The notes beneath the pieces are model-generated. The model made no database searches and was not told where the DNA came from. It was given only the letters and a program-made list of their open reading frames with translations. A stretch of 64,000 nt of DNA. Origin: Octopus vulgaris (lineage: Eukaryota). Position 1 is the first letter of the stretch. Each line of letters starts with the position of its first letter. The stretch covers positions 37,076,001-37,140,000 of the forward strand of contig OX597821.1 of the NCBI GenBank assembly GCA_951406725.2, written 5' to 3'. The translations under genes were made by a program, and so were the position numbers. Shown in pieces: positions 26,900-39,166 of this stretch.

Positions 26900-27942
26900 C
26901 AGTAGTTTTATTTTTATTTTTATAGCGTGCTTTCACTTCACTACCGAGCGCAGCTCTGTGTGCCTTGGGTATGTGCTGTGATTTGTTGTGATGCTCTGAT
27001 GGTTATTGTATGGAAAGTGTTCTGCGTAGGATGTGTGCAGTGCCTAGTAGTGCAATTTTCTGTATGTTATATGTGTTTGTAAGTCCTGGTGTTTTTGTTA
27101 TGTATTTGTCTGAATATTTTTTTATCATGCCTAATGCACCTACTATGATAGGAATTGTTTCTGTTTTCAGATTCCACATTCTAGTTACCTCTATTTCCAG
27201 GTCTTTGTATTTTGAGAGTTTCTCCATTTCTTTTAGAGACACGTTGTCATCAGCCGGTATTGATACATCAATTAGAAAGCATTTTTTTTCTTCATGATCT
27301 CTGACAACTATATCTGGTCTGTTGGCCTTAATTTCTCTATCTGTGTGTATCGGCATATCCCAGAGTATGGTTGCTTTCTCGTTTTCTGTGACCTTTTCTG
27401 GTGTGTGCCTATACCATCTTTTTTCTGTTGTTATTCCATAATGTTGGCATAGCTTCCAATGTATGTAGGTTCCAACTCCGTCATGTCTGTGAATATATTC
27501 CTTCTTAGCCAAGACTGGGCAGCTAGAGATAATATGATTTATTGTTTCTTGTCCATCTCCACATATTCTGCAGTTACTTGTAATATTTCTTTTCATTACA
27601 TGTTTTTGGTAATTTCTGGTGGGGAGGCTTTGGTCTTGTGCTGCAATTAAAAATCCCTCTGTTTCTGCTTTGAGTTCTGAGCTTCTCAACCATTGCTGGG
27701 ATTTTTCTTTGTCTATTTCTTTTGCGTTTAGTTTAGTCCAGTATTTACCATGAAGGGGCTTTTCTTGCCATCGTTTTATCATGGTTCGTTGCTGTTCTAT
27801 TTTTAGTTTGGATTTCATTTGTTTTATAGCTTTTGTTGTTTCTTCATCATCTTCTTCTTCTTCTTCATGTTTATTAGGTGGTATGATTTCTTGTTTGTAT
27901 TTGTCAGCTTCCTTGAATACTGAGAACAGTTTTTTGTTTTGT
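26900..27942 (-). mobile_element. 5'-truncated Dong/R4-clade (RLE) non-LTR retrotransposon
   Basis: CRIC..ETINHIISSC zinc knuckle, RHD, and RPDIV...IDVS...K..KY restriction-like endonuclease. Flanked by (TAA)n on both sides. Confidence 0.92.
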
Positions 27943-27960
27943 TTATTATTATTATTATTA

Positions 27961-28034
<74 letters not shown>

Positions 28035-28036
<2 letters not shown>

Positions 28037-28155
28037 AATTCCGCCGAGTCGAATTTACCTTTCATCATTTCGGTGCCGATAAAATTAGTACCAGTTGATG
28101 TAATCAATTCACCCACTCCCCCAAAATTGCTACCCTAGTGGCAAAATGTGAAACC
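28035..28155 (+). mobile_element. SINE family B fragment
   Basis: caaattccgccgag..cctttcatc..cggt..cgataaaattagtaccag is shared with the copies at 38378 and 45399. Confidence 0.65.
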
Positions 28156-28399
28156 ATTGCTATTATTGTTGTTGCTGTTGTTGTTGTTGTTGTTGTTGTT
28201 ATCATCATCATCATTATCATCATTTTCATTCGCATCTTCTTTCAATTGTTTCCATTTCTTGGCGAGTGTCTCCCTGACACCTAGGGCAGAGAAGCGCACT
28301 GTATACATTGATAGCACACCAGATTGTTCATTTACAGAGTCATGTGATAGAAAAAAGGAGAAGACAAAGAGAAAAAGGAAAAAATAAAAAACAGAATAA

Positions 28400-29782
28400 A
28401 AATAATAATAATAATAATGAAATTATTGTATACAGTGCTCAGGTGCACCACAACTTGTCAGAAAGTGCGTATAAAGTATATGCAGTAATGTACAAATGTC
28501 TGGAAAACGAAAAATGTATGAGTCAGATACATGCTTGTGTGTGTATGGAGGGGAGAAAATCAGGTGTAGTGTTGGCGAATCTCAGAAAGCATGAAAGTTT
28601 TGAAGGATGAAGTGCTCCGACAACTAACAACTGATGCCGGCAGTTTGTTCCATGCTTCAGCAACTCTAAGCGTGAAAAAATGTTTCCGAAAGTCATGGGA
28701 GCTGTGCTGTTTTCTGACTTTGTAAACATGTCCACGAGTGTTAGATGGGTGGAGTTTGAAAAGGTGCTCAGAGTTATTGTTTGTAAGATGGTTAATAATT
28801 TTATGGGTGTCTGCCAAGTCAGCTGCCAGACGTTGGAGTTTCAACGTGTCCATGCCCAGGGAAGTAAGGCGTTCAGAATATGGCAAATGCCTGATGGAGG
28901 GTATTCTTTTGGTTGCACGTTGCTGAACAGCTTCCAGACAATTAATATCCTGGGCAAGATAGAGGTTCCAGACCGGTGATGCAAATTCCAGATGAGGTCG
29001 TACCATAGCTATATAAAGCCACAGATAGATAGCCGGAGAGCGGCTCACAAAGGACTTGGTGAGTGATGCCAAGACACCCTCAGCCTTCTTGGCAATTTTA
29101 GCGATGTGTTTTGTCCAACGCAAATCGCTGTCGACAATAACACCCAGGTCACGTTCACACGAAGACTTTTTGAGATTAGTGTTGTGGAGGGAGTAAGTGG
29201 ACGCTGGGTTTCTCCTCCCAAAATGCATGGTGGTACATTTGTCCACAGCCAGCTTGAGTTGCCAGTCCATGATCCACTGCTGCATTGTGTCCAGGTCTGC
29301 CTGCAATAGAGATCTATAGTGTACAGGATCTGACCTCTTTATTTCGAGGTACAGCTTGATGTCATTTGCATATTTCAGCACTGTGGTATTCTTTAAGTTG
29401 GCATCTATGTCATTAACATATGCAACAAATAAAAGGGGGCCAAGAACAGATCCCTGTGGTACACCAGATCTCATCTCATAGGGTGAAGATTACTGTCCTA
29501 GAACTGTGACAACCTCTTTTCGGCCGAAAATAAAGGACTTCAACCAGTTATGGAGTTCGTCTCTTACGCCCAACGCAGAGAGTTTCACCATAAGTCTTTT
29601 GTGTGGCACAGAGTTAAAAGCCTTAGCAAAGTCCAGGTAAACAACATCCACCCAGGATCCGCGATCAGTAATTTGGGTAATGTCCTCAAGAAATTCGATG
29701 AGTTGATTACAGCAGCTGGAGTTAGGAATAAATCCAAATTGTGATGGCTGGATGAGGCTGTGAGACTTCCAGGAGTTCCAAA
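28400..29782 (-). mobile_element. CR1-clade LINE, 5'-truncated
   Basis: GVPQGSVLGPLLF, YAND (mutated YADD), ERDLGV and FFTLRVAEAWNKLP motifs, with a simple-repeat tail. Confidence 0.9.
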
Positions 29783-29819
29783 TAAAATAAAGTAGGGGAG
29801 GAAAGAAAATTTACAGCAA

Positions 29820-30045
29820 CAATGCTTTTCTCAATACATGTGACGTACCAGTTAAGACAATCTTTTGTACTTCCTGCATGGATGGTAGCCAAGGATCACT
29901 CTTAAATAATTTTCAGTTACTTTTTTGATCATTCCAAGTGCTCCTACAATCACTGGTATTGTAACCATCTTGAGATGCCTCATCTTTTCGGTTTCGATTA
30001 GCAGATCTTTATATTTTCCGAGCTTATCAAATTCCTGTGTCATTC
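29820..30045 (-). mobile_element. Short Dong/R4 3' fragment
   Basis: KLGKYKDL..IPVIVGALGMIKK is homologous to the C-terminus of the 27003 ORF. Confidence 0.75.
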
Positions 30046-30097
30046 ATATCGCTACTGTCATTTTCTTCATCGTAATCGGAGCTCCTTGAATCTAAAC

Positions 30098-30351
30098 CAT
30101 TGGTTCGCAACCATTTCTTACATGTGGATCCCTTTGATTCCTATTTTACTCGGTTTGTCTCTCATAAACATTTGATGCTTTAAAAAATCCTGTTATATTT
30201 TTATAACTAAATAGTTTTAGGAACTGCATAAAAAAATTGTTAGTATATTTTATGCATTGTAGAAATACAATCAATTTATTGCAGACAAATTTTAACAAGA
30301 TATTATAATGATCCCCTCAAGGGCCATATGAACCCTGGTTGAGAACCACTG
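30098..30351. mobile_element. hAT-Charlie-type MITE
   Basis: TIRs cattggttcgcaacc / ggttgagaaccactg. 8-bp TSD atctaaac/atctaaaa (7 of 8 match). Confidence 0.75.
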
Positions 30352-30447
30352 ATCTAAAACTATAGAATACAATAATTTTTCTTCAACAGTCTGTTAAGCT
30401 TTCATCAATTCTCTAATACAACTGTCTTCCCTTTTTTTTCATGCAAG

Positions 30448-30626
30448 CTCGTGATGTTGGGCGTGGTGAAGCAGCTACTGCAAGACTTAACAAAGAAGGA
30501 TGTCACTCCAAATTCCATCAACTCGACATCACAGACTCTAAAAGTATTTCTGCTTTAGCAAAATATTTGAAAGAAACTTATGGAGGTGTAGATATTCTCG
30601 TTAACAATGCTGCTATTTTTTATCAG
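30448..30626 (+). CDS. CBR1: CBR1-like exon: (A)RDVGRGEAA...FHQLDI...YGGVDILVNNAAIFYQ
   Basis: Phase-1 start matches the previous exon; GTAATA donor; NNAA motif. Confidence 0.92.
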
Positions 30627-30650
30627 GTAATAGACACCTTTCAGATCTCT

Positions 30651-31064
30651 CTTTACTCTTTACTCTTTTACTTGTTTCAATCATTTGACTGCGGCCATGC
30701 TGGAGCACCGCCTTTAGTCGAGCAAATCGACCCCGGGACTTATTCTTTGTAAGCCCAGTACTTATTCTATCGGTCTGTTTTGCCGAACCGCTAAGTGACG
30801 GGGACGTAAATACACCAGCATCGGTTGTCAAGCAATGCTAGGGGGACAAACACAGACACACAAACACACACACATATATATATATATATATACATATATA
30901 CGACAGGCTTCTTTCAGTTTCCGTCTACCAAATTCACTCACAAGGCATTGGTCGGCCCGGGGCTATAGCAGAAGACATTTGCCCAAGATGCCACGCAGTG
31001 GGACTGAACCCGGAACCATGTGGTTGGTTAGCAAGCTACTTACCACACAGCCACTCCTGCGCCT
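30651..31064 (-). mobile_element. tRNA-derived SINE (family A), full length
   Basis: A/B-box-like head (tggctgtgtggt...ggttcagtcc), internal TA/TG microsatellite, (gagtaaa)n tail. Confidence 0.88.
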
Positions 31065-31874
31065 ATGGTTAGCAAGCTACTTTTTTTTAAGCCCAAGGTC
31101 AAATTTAATCCAAGCATACTCATAATCAAAGATGAATCATATTTGTATCTACACATCCAATATACCCCAATATTTTTTTTGCCATGAGTTGCTAATGTGT
31201 GATTTAAGGAAAAGTTACCTAACTTTTGTAGCAAGATCAATGACCATACAGAGACTTCGTTATTGTTGTTGTGTTATGTTGCGTTGTGCTGTGTTGTGTT
31301 GTGTGTGTGTGTGTGTGTCTGTGTAAATATATATACGTCTGTGTGTGTGTATGTATACACACACACATTATATATATATATGGCAAGAGAGAGAGAGAAG
31401 CTGAAAATATTTTTCAGATTTTTGTGTATTTATATACACGTGCAATTTGACTGAATTTCTCATTCCATCAATGGATAAGCCGAAAAAATATAATTTTAAT
31501 TTCAAATCCTAGTACACCATTTTATACATTAAATCATAAAATAATAATTTTATAAACAAAAACTATAGCATAAAACAGAAAATGGTAATAACAAATCTAT
31601 ATACAATCTACCAACCAGAAATAGAGGGTAAAATAAGTAGTTAAGTTTCAGTTTCAGTAATTTTAACCTTATCTATACACATACATAATACATACGGATA
31701 AACATAGATAGCTTAATACATAGAAAAATGCCATTGCACTAGGAGAACACAATGCAAATATTAAACTAACCGTGCAGTAAGAAATAATGTATATAGATGT
31801 GTAGTCACAACAGATAAAAATAAATATTACTCTATAGGGACTAGTCCATGCGTTATAAAACAAAGAACAGTCAG

Positions 31875-32255
31875 TCATGAAAGTTCGTTTTGTAATAATA
31901 CTAGAAAATTTTCAACAAATCTTAGCAAGCTTAGTAAGGAGCTAGAGTCTGAAGATGGAAAGGTATCACCAATATCAAAGCATAAAAGGCATTCTAAATG
32001 CTTAGAAATTTTCAGAACACCTGAATTTATCCAGCAAGTTCAACAGATAATGATTACAATCCCAGAAAGTCCATGAGGTAAATTACAAAAGATCTCCATG
32101 TGTCAGTAGGAACAACCAGAAGGGTTGTCCATGAAGACATCAGATATAAGTCTTACATGATGAAGAAAGGCCAATTTGTCAGAAAAAAACAAAAGAAAAT
32201 CACTACATCTGATCTAAAAGGCTCTTAAAACTGAAAAATCCAGCAGAAGATTTGA
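31875..32255 (+). mobile_element. Tc1/mariner-superfamily (DD37D/maT-like) transposase N-terminal fragment
   Basis: Degenerate HTH-type peptide RTPEFIQQVQQI..NPRKSMR..KDLHVSVGTTRRVVHEDIRYKSY. Confidence 0.6.
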
Positions 32256-32289
32256 TTTGGTTAACAGAAAAAATGACAGATGGTTAAGT

Positions 32290-33125
32290 GCAGACCATCT
32301 GTCATTTTTTCCAAAGTGAATGTGCATCTGTCATGTTGTAGAAAACCAGTATTATTGCAAAAAGATATCGGGGCTTGTATGGAGAACGACACAGTGAGGC
32401 CTCTTCGAGTGCATTATCATATTGATCATCTGTATTCAAAAGACCCCGTTTGGAGCAGGCATTTTTGAAAGTGCCACATAAGTGGCTGTCCACTATGCGA
32501 AGTTTGTCGAAGGAGGTTGGTTCCTTAATGACATGAAGAGCCACAGATGGGAGCATTCAGAGTTCAAGGGGTGAACTGTGTAGACGCATCCGATTGTGTC
32601 CCCTTTATACACGGCTGGATCCAACTGCGTAGGCCGGCCTTGTTTTTGTCGTTGCCACTGGGAAGATGATTCATTCCATGTATAATAGTATAGCACTTCA
32701 GCGTACAAAATAGACTTTGAGAAAGGGTCGACTTTGCATAGGTGAAAGAAGCCGTGAAAGTGGTCTTTGGCGGGGCAGCTGCTTCTTGAATAAGGTTGTC
32801 TTCTGTGAAGTAAATTCGTTAACTCTTTTCCAAAGAACACTGAGATGAATCCTAGCAGGGCATCGTTCGTGAATTGGGAATCCTAAGGTTCTCCATATGG
32901 CTTCATTGGTGACATGTAGCGTCCAGTTTTGAAAAGAGACACATCATCATTTGTAAAATCAGTTGACCATGTAGATTATATTTGAAAAACGGCTCTGTGT
33001 GATCCTTTGGTAATGTACTGGCATACGTAACGTATGAATTCGACAGAATTACAAAATTCTACATTGATGTGTGCATGAAATGTTTTGCAAAGCGTCTTGT
33101 TGTGGAGTACAACTCAACGATTGTC
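32290..33125 (-). mobile_element. Helitron RepHel fragment
   Basis: LYAEV..YYTW, IGxVYTVHP, PTSFDKLR and TFKNAC..RGLL motifs, typical of the region between the Rep and helicase domains. Confidence 0.8.
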
Positions 33126-34556
33126 AACCAAAATAAGTGTAGTGAGGGATACAAATGTAAGGGAGACAATCAATTTCTGAGTGTTACTTCGCAAAGAGTT
33201 ACCTCCCTTACCTACAACAGTCACCGTACAACAGAAATAGAAGTTTTCTTCATCCGTTCTGACTTTACAAGCTGCATTACTCCATATTACTCCTAAGTGA
33301 AAAAAGTTTTAAAAATGTCGAACTATCTGTGGAACATAAGTGATGCATGTGCCAAGCGTAAACGAAATCGGATGAAAAATATTGATTTTAAGTGGGATCA
33401 TTATGGCCTATCAAGTGGGATCACTATGGCCTATCACATAACCCTGCGCGCGCGCACACACACACACATTTTCCTCTCATATATCATAGATACACATATA
33501 TACATACATATACAGAAGAAGAAATAGGCTAAATATCTCCTTATACAGCACAACTAATTAGCACTCTAATCGAGCATCAGGAATATAAGGCCAAAAATGA
33601 GAGAATAAATTTCAGAAGTCAGTGTTCTTAATCACTCAGTACATTTTACAGCATCAGAATACTTCACTGCGGAATACATATGTCCGCTCATATGTATGTA
33701 TGTATATATATATATGTGTGTGTTTGTGTGTATGTTTGTATGTATGTATGTATGTATGTATATATGTGTATACATACACATACAACCACACATATAAATA
33801 TGAAATCTTCAGAGATGGACAAAAGATTATGGAATTCACCATTATGGAGATGATTAGCAAATGTATTAGAAGGGCTAGTGGAAGTACGTTATACTGATGT
33901 CAGTGGGAGGAATTAACGTATACCAAAATAGGAGGAAGCAGACAAGGGGAAAATTGTTATCAGAACATTTGTGAATATAGATGCCAGGTGCTTTTCTAAC
34001 AGCTTTAATGTTTCCTCTTACCTGTCACTTTTCTTTGATGCTCGTTAAGCTTAGACTCACATATAGACAATTACACACTAAGACACAGGCGCGCACACAC
34101 ACACACTCATACACACATGCTCACATCTTCACACACACACATGTATTGAAGGAATATGTGGCGAAGGCACGTGGCTTAGTTGTATAAGTATTCCTTTAAT
34201 GATCACAAGATCGTCGTTTCAGTTTCTGGACCGAGCAGTAAGTTTTATTCTTGGATGAAACACTTCATTTCATGCTGCTCCACTTCATTAAGATTTAAAT
34301 GAGTTCCAGTAATGTGGGCCAAGCCTAATATTCTCAATGTGGTCTGTGATCACTTCGACATCGCACATGTGGCACACCATGCACCTGTACAAGTATTTGA
34401 TCACTATAAACATATCATCTGTGCAAGTTATTCAGCAAAATGTTACATAATCTTCATCTGTTGTTTGCGATAGGAGAGTTCACCAATACCGTTATAATTC
34501 TATCTCTAACAGACTAAAGCAAAAATAGTCAGATATATTTGTACTTTATGTTTTAG

Positions 34557-34685
34557 AGTGGTTAATATTTCCAGTAACTCCGGTGTGACAGCACTTGAGA
34601 GATGTTCGAAAGAGCTGAGAGAAAAATTCACCTCTAAAGCTTTGACTATGACTTAGCTGGTAAATTTGATGGCTCAGTACGTAAC
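34557..34685 (+). CDS. CBR1: CBR1-like exon: (R)VVNISSNSG...LTMT*LVNLMAQYVT, with in-frame TAG at 34654-34656
   Basis: TTTTAG acceptor, GTAAGT donor, catalytic Ser motif VVNISS. Confidence 0.88.
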
Positions 34686-34772
34686 GTAAGTATAATTTCA
34701 TCTTCGGCATATCTCTTGAATGCATATAAGTTGTTAATGTTATAATACAAAGTTCAAGTTTACATTATTTAA

Positions 34773-35840
34773 CCCTTTCGTTACTATATTTCTGACCAAA
34801 ATACACCCCTTATGTGTTTCAATTAATTTCTAACATAATGATAAATTTAGTCTGGTTTCATTAAACAACTATAACTTTTTTATTTATCAATATATTAACG
34901 TGAATTTTGGAAGATAATTTAATGAAATGTTCTCAACCAATTCTATACTATAATTTTTGTCACAAAGTGACTCTAATTGCAGGTAGATACAGGTAAATTC
35001 AACAAAATATAAAATTTTGTTCAAACATCGCTATAGAAAATGGGTTATTAGCTAATATTCAGTTGGGTATACAACAAAATTTTACGATAGAATTTGTTAT
35101 TCTAGGTAACTTTCTGATACCCATAATAAGATTTATGGCAAAATAGTCTTAATTTCATTTAAGGCTGTGGGAAACCACAAAGTATCCTTTCTTTCGTTTT
35201 GTTTACATTTAGCGTAACGGTTCGTTTCCGCCGTAATGATTTCGAATAGGCTCATTCGAAAAAGTAAAAAGAAATAGTCTAAGGCTTTACTCTTCTGGGA
35301 AAATCTGTGGCTTGGTCCAGTTTCTTCAGAAAAATCACCGAAAGAAGCAGTTTTTTAATTTTCACTCCATTCAGGTGCTAATTCATTTTCTTTATCGCTG
35401 TCGGAGCTCTCGGATTCACTGTTTTCACTTTCAGAAAATGAAACATCAGATTCATTATCAAATACCACATGCTTTTTTTTTTTCAGTCATAGAGTTAGAT
35501 TTATGGAGGTCTTCAGTAGAAAATCCTTCGAATTCTGACTCGCTGCTTGATATAATGAAATTCGTATCCATTTTTTGTCAGAATTACAAATTTTGAAAAC
35601 ACAATAGGAACAAATTTCGGAAAAAAATCTCCCAAAATTCACGGAATTAAAATTACACTTCGATTTTTGTACAAAACTGCAGTTGAACTCTTTACAAAGT
35701 ATAATACGTATTTTCACGAATGTACTAAAGAGATTTGCTCTGATATTCTCATTTAAATATGAATAAGTAAATTTGGGCGCTTTGGTCACATTAACCAAAA
35801 TTTTTTTCGGGCGGTTTCGGGCGGTTTAGTAACGAAAGGG
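34773..35840 (-). mobile_element. Internally deleted piggyBac element
   Basis: Perfect 14-bp TIRs CCCTTTCGTTACTA / TAGTAACGAAAGGG with a TTAA TSD on both sides. An acidic transposase N-terminus starts at 35571 (MDTNFIISSSESEFEGF...YFFLLF..ETNRYA..W). Confidence 0.92.
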
Positions 35841-35952
35841 TTAATGCCTAACCCACATTGTTCCTGTACCAATAGTGACAGAAAGTGATAATTTCTATGT
35901 GCATGTGTGTGATTTATATATTTTTTTAAAAACTGTTTATTCATTTGTGAAG

Positions 35953-36200
35953 ATGCATAGTTTAGTGGTTAGAGAGTTGGGCTCACAATCATGAAGTAAT
36001 GAGTTCAATTCCTGGACTGCGCTGTGTGTTGTGTTTATGAGCAAGACACTCTATTTCACGTTGCTTCAGTTTCCTCAGCTGTAGAAATGAGTTGCAACAT
36101 AACTGATACCAAGTTGTATCGGCTTTGCTTTGCCCTTGTATCGTTGGTGTGGAGACTTTGTTTGTAGATAGGTCGGTTCGATCAAGATGTTCCAACAACT
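35953..36200 (+). mobile_element. tRNA-derived SINE (family C), degenerate
   Basis: tagtttagtggttaga...gagttcaattcc A/B-box-like head and a gagcaagacact core. A similar, more decayed copy lies at ~34160-34480. Confidence 0.55.
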
Positions 36201-36281
36201 ATATCACCAGAACGGTTTATTGTATGTTTAATTTGTTGACTTATTTATTTATATATGTATATATCTTTTATTTTATTTCAG

Positions 36282-36432
36282 TGATGTAAAAAACGGTGAT
36301 TATAAAGCAAAGGGTTGGCCTTCATTTTATTATGCTGCATATGGTGTTTCTAAGATTGGAGTAACAAACATGTCAATTATTCAACAGAAAGTTCTTGACG
36401 GTGAAGGCAAAGAAGACATTGTTGTCAATGCA
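36282..36432 (+). CDS. CBR1: CBR1-like exon: DVKNGDYKAKGWPSFYYAAYGVSKIGV...DIVVNA
   Basis: TTTCAG acceptor, GT donor, catalytic YxxxK (YGVSK). Confidence 0.93.
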
Positions 36433-36703
36433 GTAACTATCAATTATTTTATTTAAATTATTTGTTATTGATTTTTAAAAATTAGCAAGTTCATACTCAA
36501 TTTTACCGAAATATGTTAAGAATGAATATACTTGTTGAATTTTAAAAATTTTCTGTTTTACGTATTCGTGATAATTTCTTATCGATTTGGCAGACATCAG
36601 CACTCATCAGCAATGGTGGTGATGGGACAGACACAAACACACACACACACATACATACATACATACATACATACATACATACATACATACATACATACAT
36701 ACA

Positions 36704-36734
<31 letters not shown>

Positions 36735-36779
36735 GACAGGCTTGGAGGTAGTGGTAATGCTGACTGGTGTGATGTGGGT

Positions 36780-37610
36780 ATTTGCTGTATAGCCGAGAGA
36801 GATCCAGCGGGCCCCTAACTGATTCCCTGATCTTAAACGTGTAATGTAGATGTGTAATGATGGAGCGGCTGGTGTGGTGGTGATGCTAACTGGTGCAGTG
36901 GTCTTCCTCACAGTACTTCATGGTAGACAATATTTTGTGTGTATGTCTCACTGCGTTTTTGGTCTTGTCTGTTATCCTAATTGAGTGTCATAACCCTTAC
37001 TTTGATATTGTTCATAGCTCGCGTTCTTGAAAATTAGATATATAATTGGCCATGAGAAAACACCGGTTGAGGCAAATGTATTCCAACTTTTTTCAAATGT
37101 TTGCCCTTGAGCCTTATTAATTGTCATTGAATATTCAAGTCGAAGTGGATACTGAAGTTTGTTTAGAGTGAATGGAATATTTGTATCACTTGGACTAAGT
37201 TTAATTCTGGGAATTAGAACTGTACGACCTCTGTTGGAACCTGTTATCAATGATGCATCTACACAATGTTCATGAAGTCTTAGCACTTTCATGCAAGTTC
37301 CATTACATAATCCTTGACTGATCGAAAGATTTCTTAGCAGCATTACAATAGCCCCTACTTTTAAGGTGAGGCGATGAGGAGGCATACCGGAGCAGGTGAG
37401 TGAGTTTATGAATTCAAATGGATAGTTCTGAACCTCCTCTTCATTATTGCAGACCACTGAATCTGTGCTTAATTACATTTTAAGTGCCTCTGGTATAATA
37501 TTAAGAACTTTTTCATTTATTGCAAGACAATCAGAATTTTTAGGAGATAAAATTACTCGTTTTTCCATTTCTTCTGGCGTGCAGTTGTTGAAAATTTCTG
37601 GGTACAAATG
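36780..37610 (-). mobile_element. Helitron PIF1-like helicase C-terminal fragment
   Basis: [27 protein letters not shown] and [16 protein letters not shown] motifs. Confidence 0.88.
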
Positions 37611-37730
37611 TACAAATTGAAATACAAAAGAACGAAATAATTAATGGAATTATGAATTAAAGTTCGGTAATTGTGTTTATTTCCACCATGCGACACTTAT
37701 TATTGCAAACATGTTTTACCTAACCTATAC

Positions 37731-37798
<68 letters not shown>

Positions 37799-38326
37799 AA
37801 TACAGTTATATATATGTCTCGAGTTGTAGCTGTAATTCAAAGGTGCCAGCCTTGTCATATTCTGTGTGAGGCTGAATCTCCCTGAGAAATACGTTAATAT
37901 TATGCATGTCTGTGGAGTACTCAGCCATTTGTGAGCTAATTTTATCCTCGTATGGTAATGAAGAGTGAAATTGACAGCCAATATTTGCTATGTTTATGTA
38001 TCTATGTAAGAACTTTTCTTTAGTTTTATGTATCTACTCTCTCTCACTTTCTCTCTTTCTGTTTCACTTCCTTTGTGTCCCTCTTCTCTCCCGCTTTTGA
38101 TTTAACAATATGTATATGTATCTACTTCTCTTGCGATGTGATAAACATTTAAAAACACAAAACGAACGCCGTCACCATTCAATGTCTCTTTCACTCTCTC
38201 TCTCTCTTTCTCTCTTACTTCCTCTCTGTCCTCCTCTCTCTCTCTCGCTTTGCCACTTCTTTGAAGGAAGTGTGACGCACACAACAGGTACGTACAAAAA
38301 CAAAAGTTAGCGTATTGATATTATTG

Positions 38327-38376
<50 letters not shown>

Positions 38377-38377
38377 C

Positions 38378-38584
38378 TACTCTAGGCACAAGGCCCGAAA
38401 TTTTGAGGGAGGAGGATGGTCGATTACATCGACCCCAGTACGCAACTGGTACTAGATTTATCAACCCCGAAAGGATGAAAGACAAAGTCGACCTCGGCGG
38501 AATTTGAACTCATAATGCTGCGACAGACAAAATACCACTAAGTATTTCGCCTGGTGGTCTAATGATTCAGCCAGCTCACCGCCC
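38378..38584 (-). mobile_element. SINE family B (Meta-SINE-like core)
   Basis: The reverse complement begins ggcggtgagctggc and contains gagttcaaattcc and tttcatcctttcggggttgataaa. (TAA)n tail. Confidence 0.7.
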
Positions 38585-38670
38585 TAATGATGATGATGAT
38601 GATGATGATGACGACGACGACGATGATAATGATGATTTGTCAATAATAATTTGTTTTCTCTTTTTTGCAG

Positions 38671-38734
38671 TGCTGTCCTGGTTATGTTAGCACTGATATA
38701 ACTAATCACCTAGGACCAAGAACTATTGAGGAAG
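38671..38734 (+). CDS. CBR1: CBR1-like exon: CCPGYVSTDITNHLGPRTIEE(G)
   Basis: TTTTGCAG acceptor, GT donor, PGxxxT motif. Confidence 0.93.
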
Positions 38735-39166
38735 GTAGAAATCTCCGTCTAAGTATTTGATCACCTAGAATTAAACATTTCAAATTTTCTAACGTTCACC
38801 CTGTTCTTGTCTATCACACAAGCCAAACATAAACGTCACTGTAATTCAACACATGCATATCCTCTCACACACACATAGCTACTACCGCTACAAGTAAGCT
38901 TATACACACATATACCACCATACACACAAGCCTCTCTTCATACACATTAACTATCTGCATACACACAACCTAAAACACAAATACGTATGTTAGCACACCC
39001 GACGGTAGTTGTATACAGCTTACCTAGACAAGGGTGCCCTGAACCAGACTTTATTTCCTCATATCTTATACACCACCAAATACGATGGAACTCAATCCTA
39101 TATTCAGACTCCAATGAAGCTGGTGTTTTTCTGCGCTGACAAGACTTAAGATAAACAAAGTTCTTT

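Noticed and set aside
27943-28037. Poly-Asn N-terminus of the 344-aa ORF
   Set aside because: This is the (TAA)n target microsatellite fused in frame to a truncated Dong/R4 ORF.
36972-37457. Host PIF1 helicase gene
   Set aside because: An intronless, frameshifted fragment inside an intron with Helitron-type motifs.
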